Positions 62,851 to 64,000 of a stretch of 64,000 nt of DNA are shown here, piece by piece. Position numbers and translations under genes: made by a program. The notes beneath the pieces were generated by a model, which worked only from the letters and a program-made list of their open reading frames with translations, was not told the origin of the DNA and did not search any database. The stretch covers positions 114,018,001-114,082,000 of the forward strand of contig OZ024743.1 of NCBI GenBank assembly GCA_964016885.1. Reading direction: 5' to 3'. Every line of letters begins with the position of its first letter. Position 1 is the first letter of the stretch. The DNA is from Eledone cirrhosa. Its lineage: Eukaryota.

Positions 62851-63052
62851 GGGAAAGGAGGTATGTAGATGTGTGAAAGAAATAGGGATGAGAAAAGAAG
62901 AGAACAAATATGAATGAAAATTAGGTTTTAAAATACTGGGAGGAGTGTGAGAGAGAGAGACTGTATTAGAGAATGTGTCACAGAGAGAGTGTGTGTCAAA
63001 GTGTGTGTGTGTGGCAGAGAGAGAGAGTCTGTGAGCATAAGAAAATGTGCGC

Positions 63053-63083
<31 letters not shown>

Positions 63084-63259
63084 TGTGTGCGTGTGTGAAA
63101 AGGACAGAGATAGAGAGAGGAGGGTGACTTAAAAGAAAATTAAATCAGAGTCAGTAGAATGGAAAAAGAATGCAATGGTGTTGTTATAGCAGTGTTGTCA
63201 TAGGAACTGAGAAGAACAATGAAATAAGTCAGAGTAGAGAAAAGAAGATAACAGAGGGA

Positions 63260-64000
63260 CAGGAATGAAAATAGAGGAAAGATGGTGATTGATAGAGGAA
63301 TGAAAATAGAGGAAAGATGGTGAGAGAAAGGAATGAAAATAGAGAGAAAGGAATGAAAGTAGAGGAAAGAAGATGATAGAGAGAAAGGAATGAAAGTAGA
63401 GGAAAGAAGATGATAGAGAGAAAGGAATGAAAGTAGAGGAAAGAAGATGATAGAGAGAAAGAAATGAAAGTAGAGGAAAGAAGATGATAGAGAGAAAGGA
63501 ATGAAAGTAGAGGAAAGAAGATGATAGAGAGAAAGGAATAAAAATAGAGGAAAGGAGATGATAGAGAGAAAGGAATGAAAGTAGAGGAAAGAAGATGATA
63601 GAGAGAAAGGAATAAAAATAGAGGAAAGAAGATGATAGAGAGAAAGGAATAAAAATAGAGGAAAGAAGATGATAGAGAGAAAGGAATGAAAGTAGAGGAA
63701 AGAAGATGATAGAGAGAAAGGAATGAATGTAGAGGAAAGAAGATGATAGAGAGAAAGGAATGAAAGTAGAGGAAAGAAGATGATAGAGAGAAAGGAATGA
63801 AAGTAGAAGAAAGAAGATGATAGAGAGAAAGGAATGAAAGTAGAAGAAAGAAGATGATAGAGAGTAAGGAATGAAAGTAGAGGAAAGAAGATGATAGAGA
63901 GAAAGGAATGAAAGTAGAAGAAAGAAGATGATAGAGAGAAAGGAATGAAAGTAGAGGAAAGAAGATGATAGAGAGAAAGGAATGAATGTAGAGGAAAGAA
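63260..64000. repeat. 37-bp purine-rich minisatellite (GAGAAAGGAATGAAAGTAGAGGAAAGAAGATGATAGA), runs off the window
   Basis: Tandem repetition. Confidence 0.95.

Overview
AT-rich, repeat-dominated eukaryotic intronic/intergenic DNA. The SINE families, TTAA MITEs and dense (TA)n/(CA)n/(CAT)n microsatellites suggest a coleoid cephalopod such as Octopus (inference). No complete host gene is visible, and almost all long ORFs in the track are artefacts of tandem repeats. Supported content: many copies of several SINE families; two TTAA-flanked MITE families; a hAT-like MITE; non-autonomous Helitron-like elements (5'-TC...hairpin-CTAG-3'); decayed R4/Dong-like and RTE-like LINE RT fragments; a decayed mariner with both TIRs; several mini-satellites (16, 20, 31, 37, 41 and ~45 bp units); and one or two candidate host exons (best: minus 31181-31443). 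Two patterns are the most unusual. (1) At least five families of short Penelope-pLTR-like elements carry type-I hammerhead ribozyme motifs, some with a family-wide non-canonical core (CAGAAGA, U-U closing stem II), often next to (TA)n and folded into long inverted repeats. (2) Recurrent palindromes are built from two Helitron 3' CTAG ends fused at the terminal hairpin, one of them with CTAG|TC head-to-tail junctions on both strands. Coordinates were read by eye and ends may be off by a few bases.
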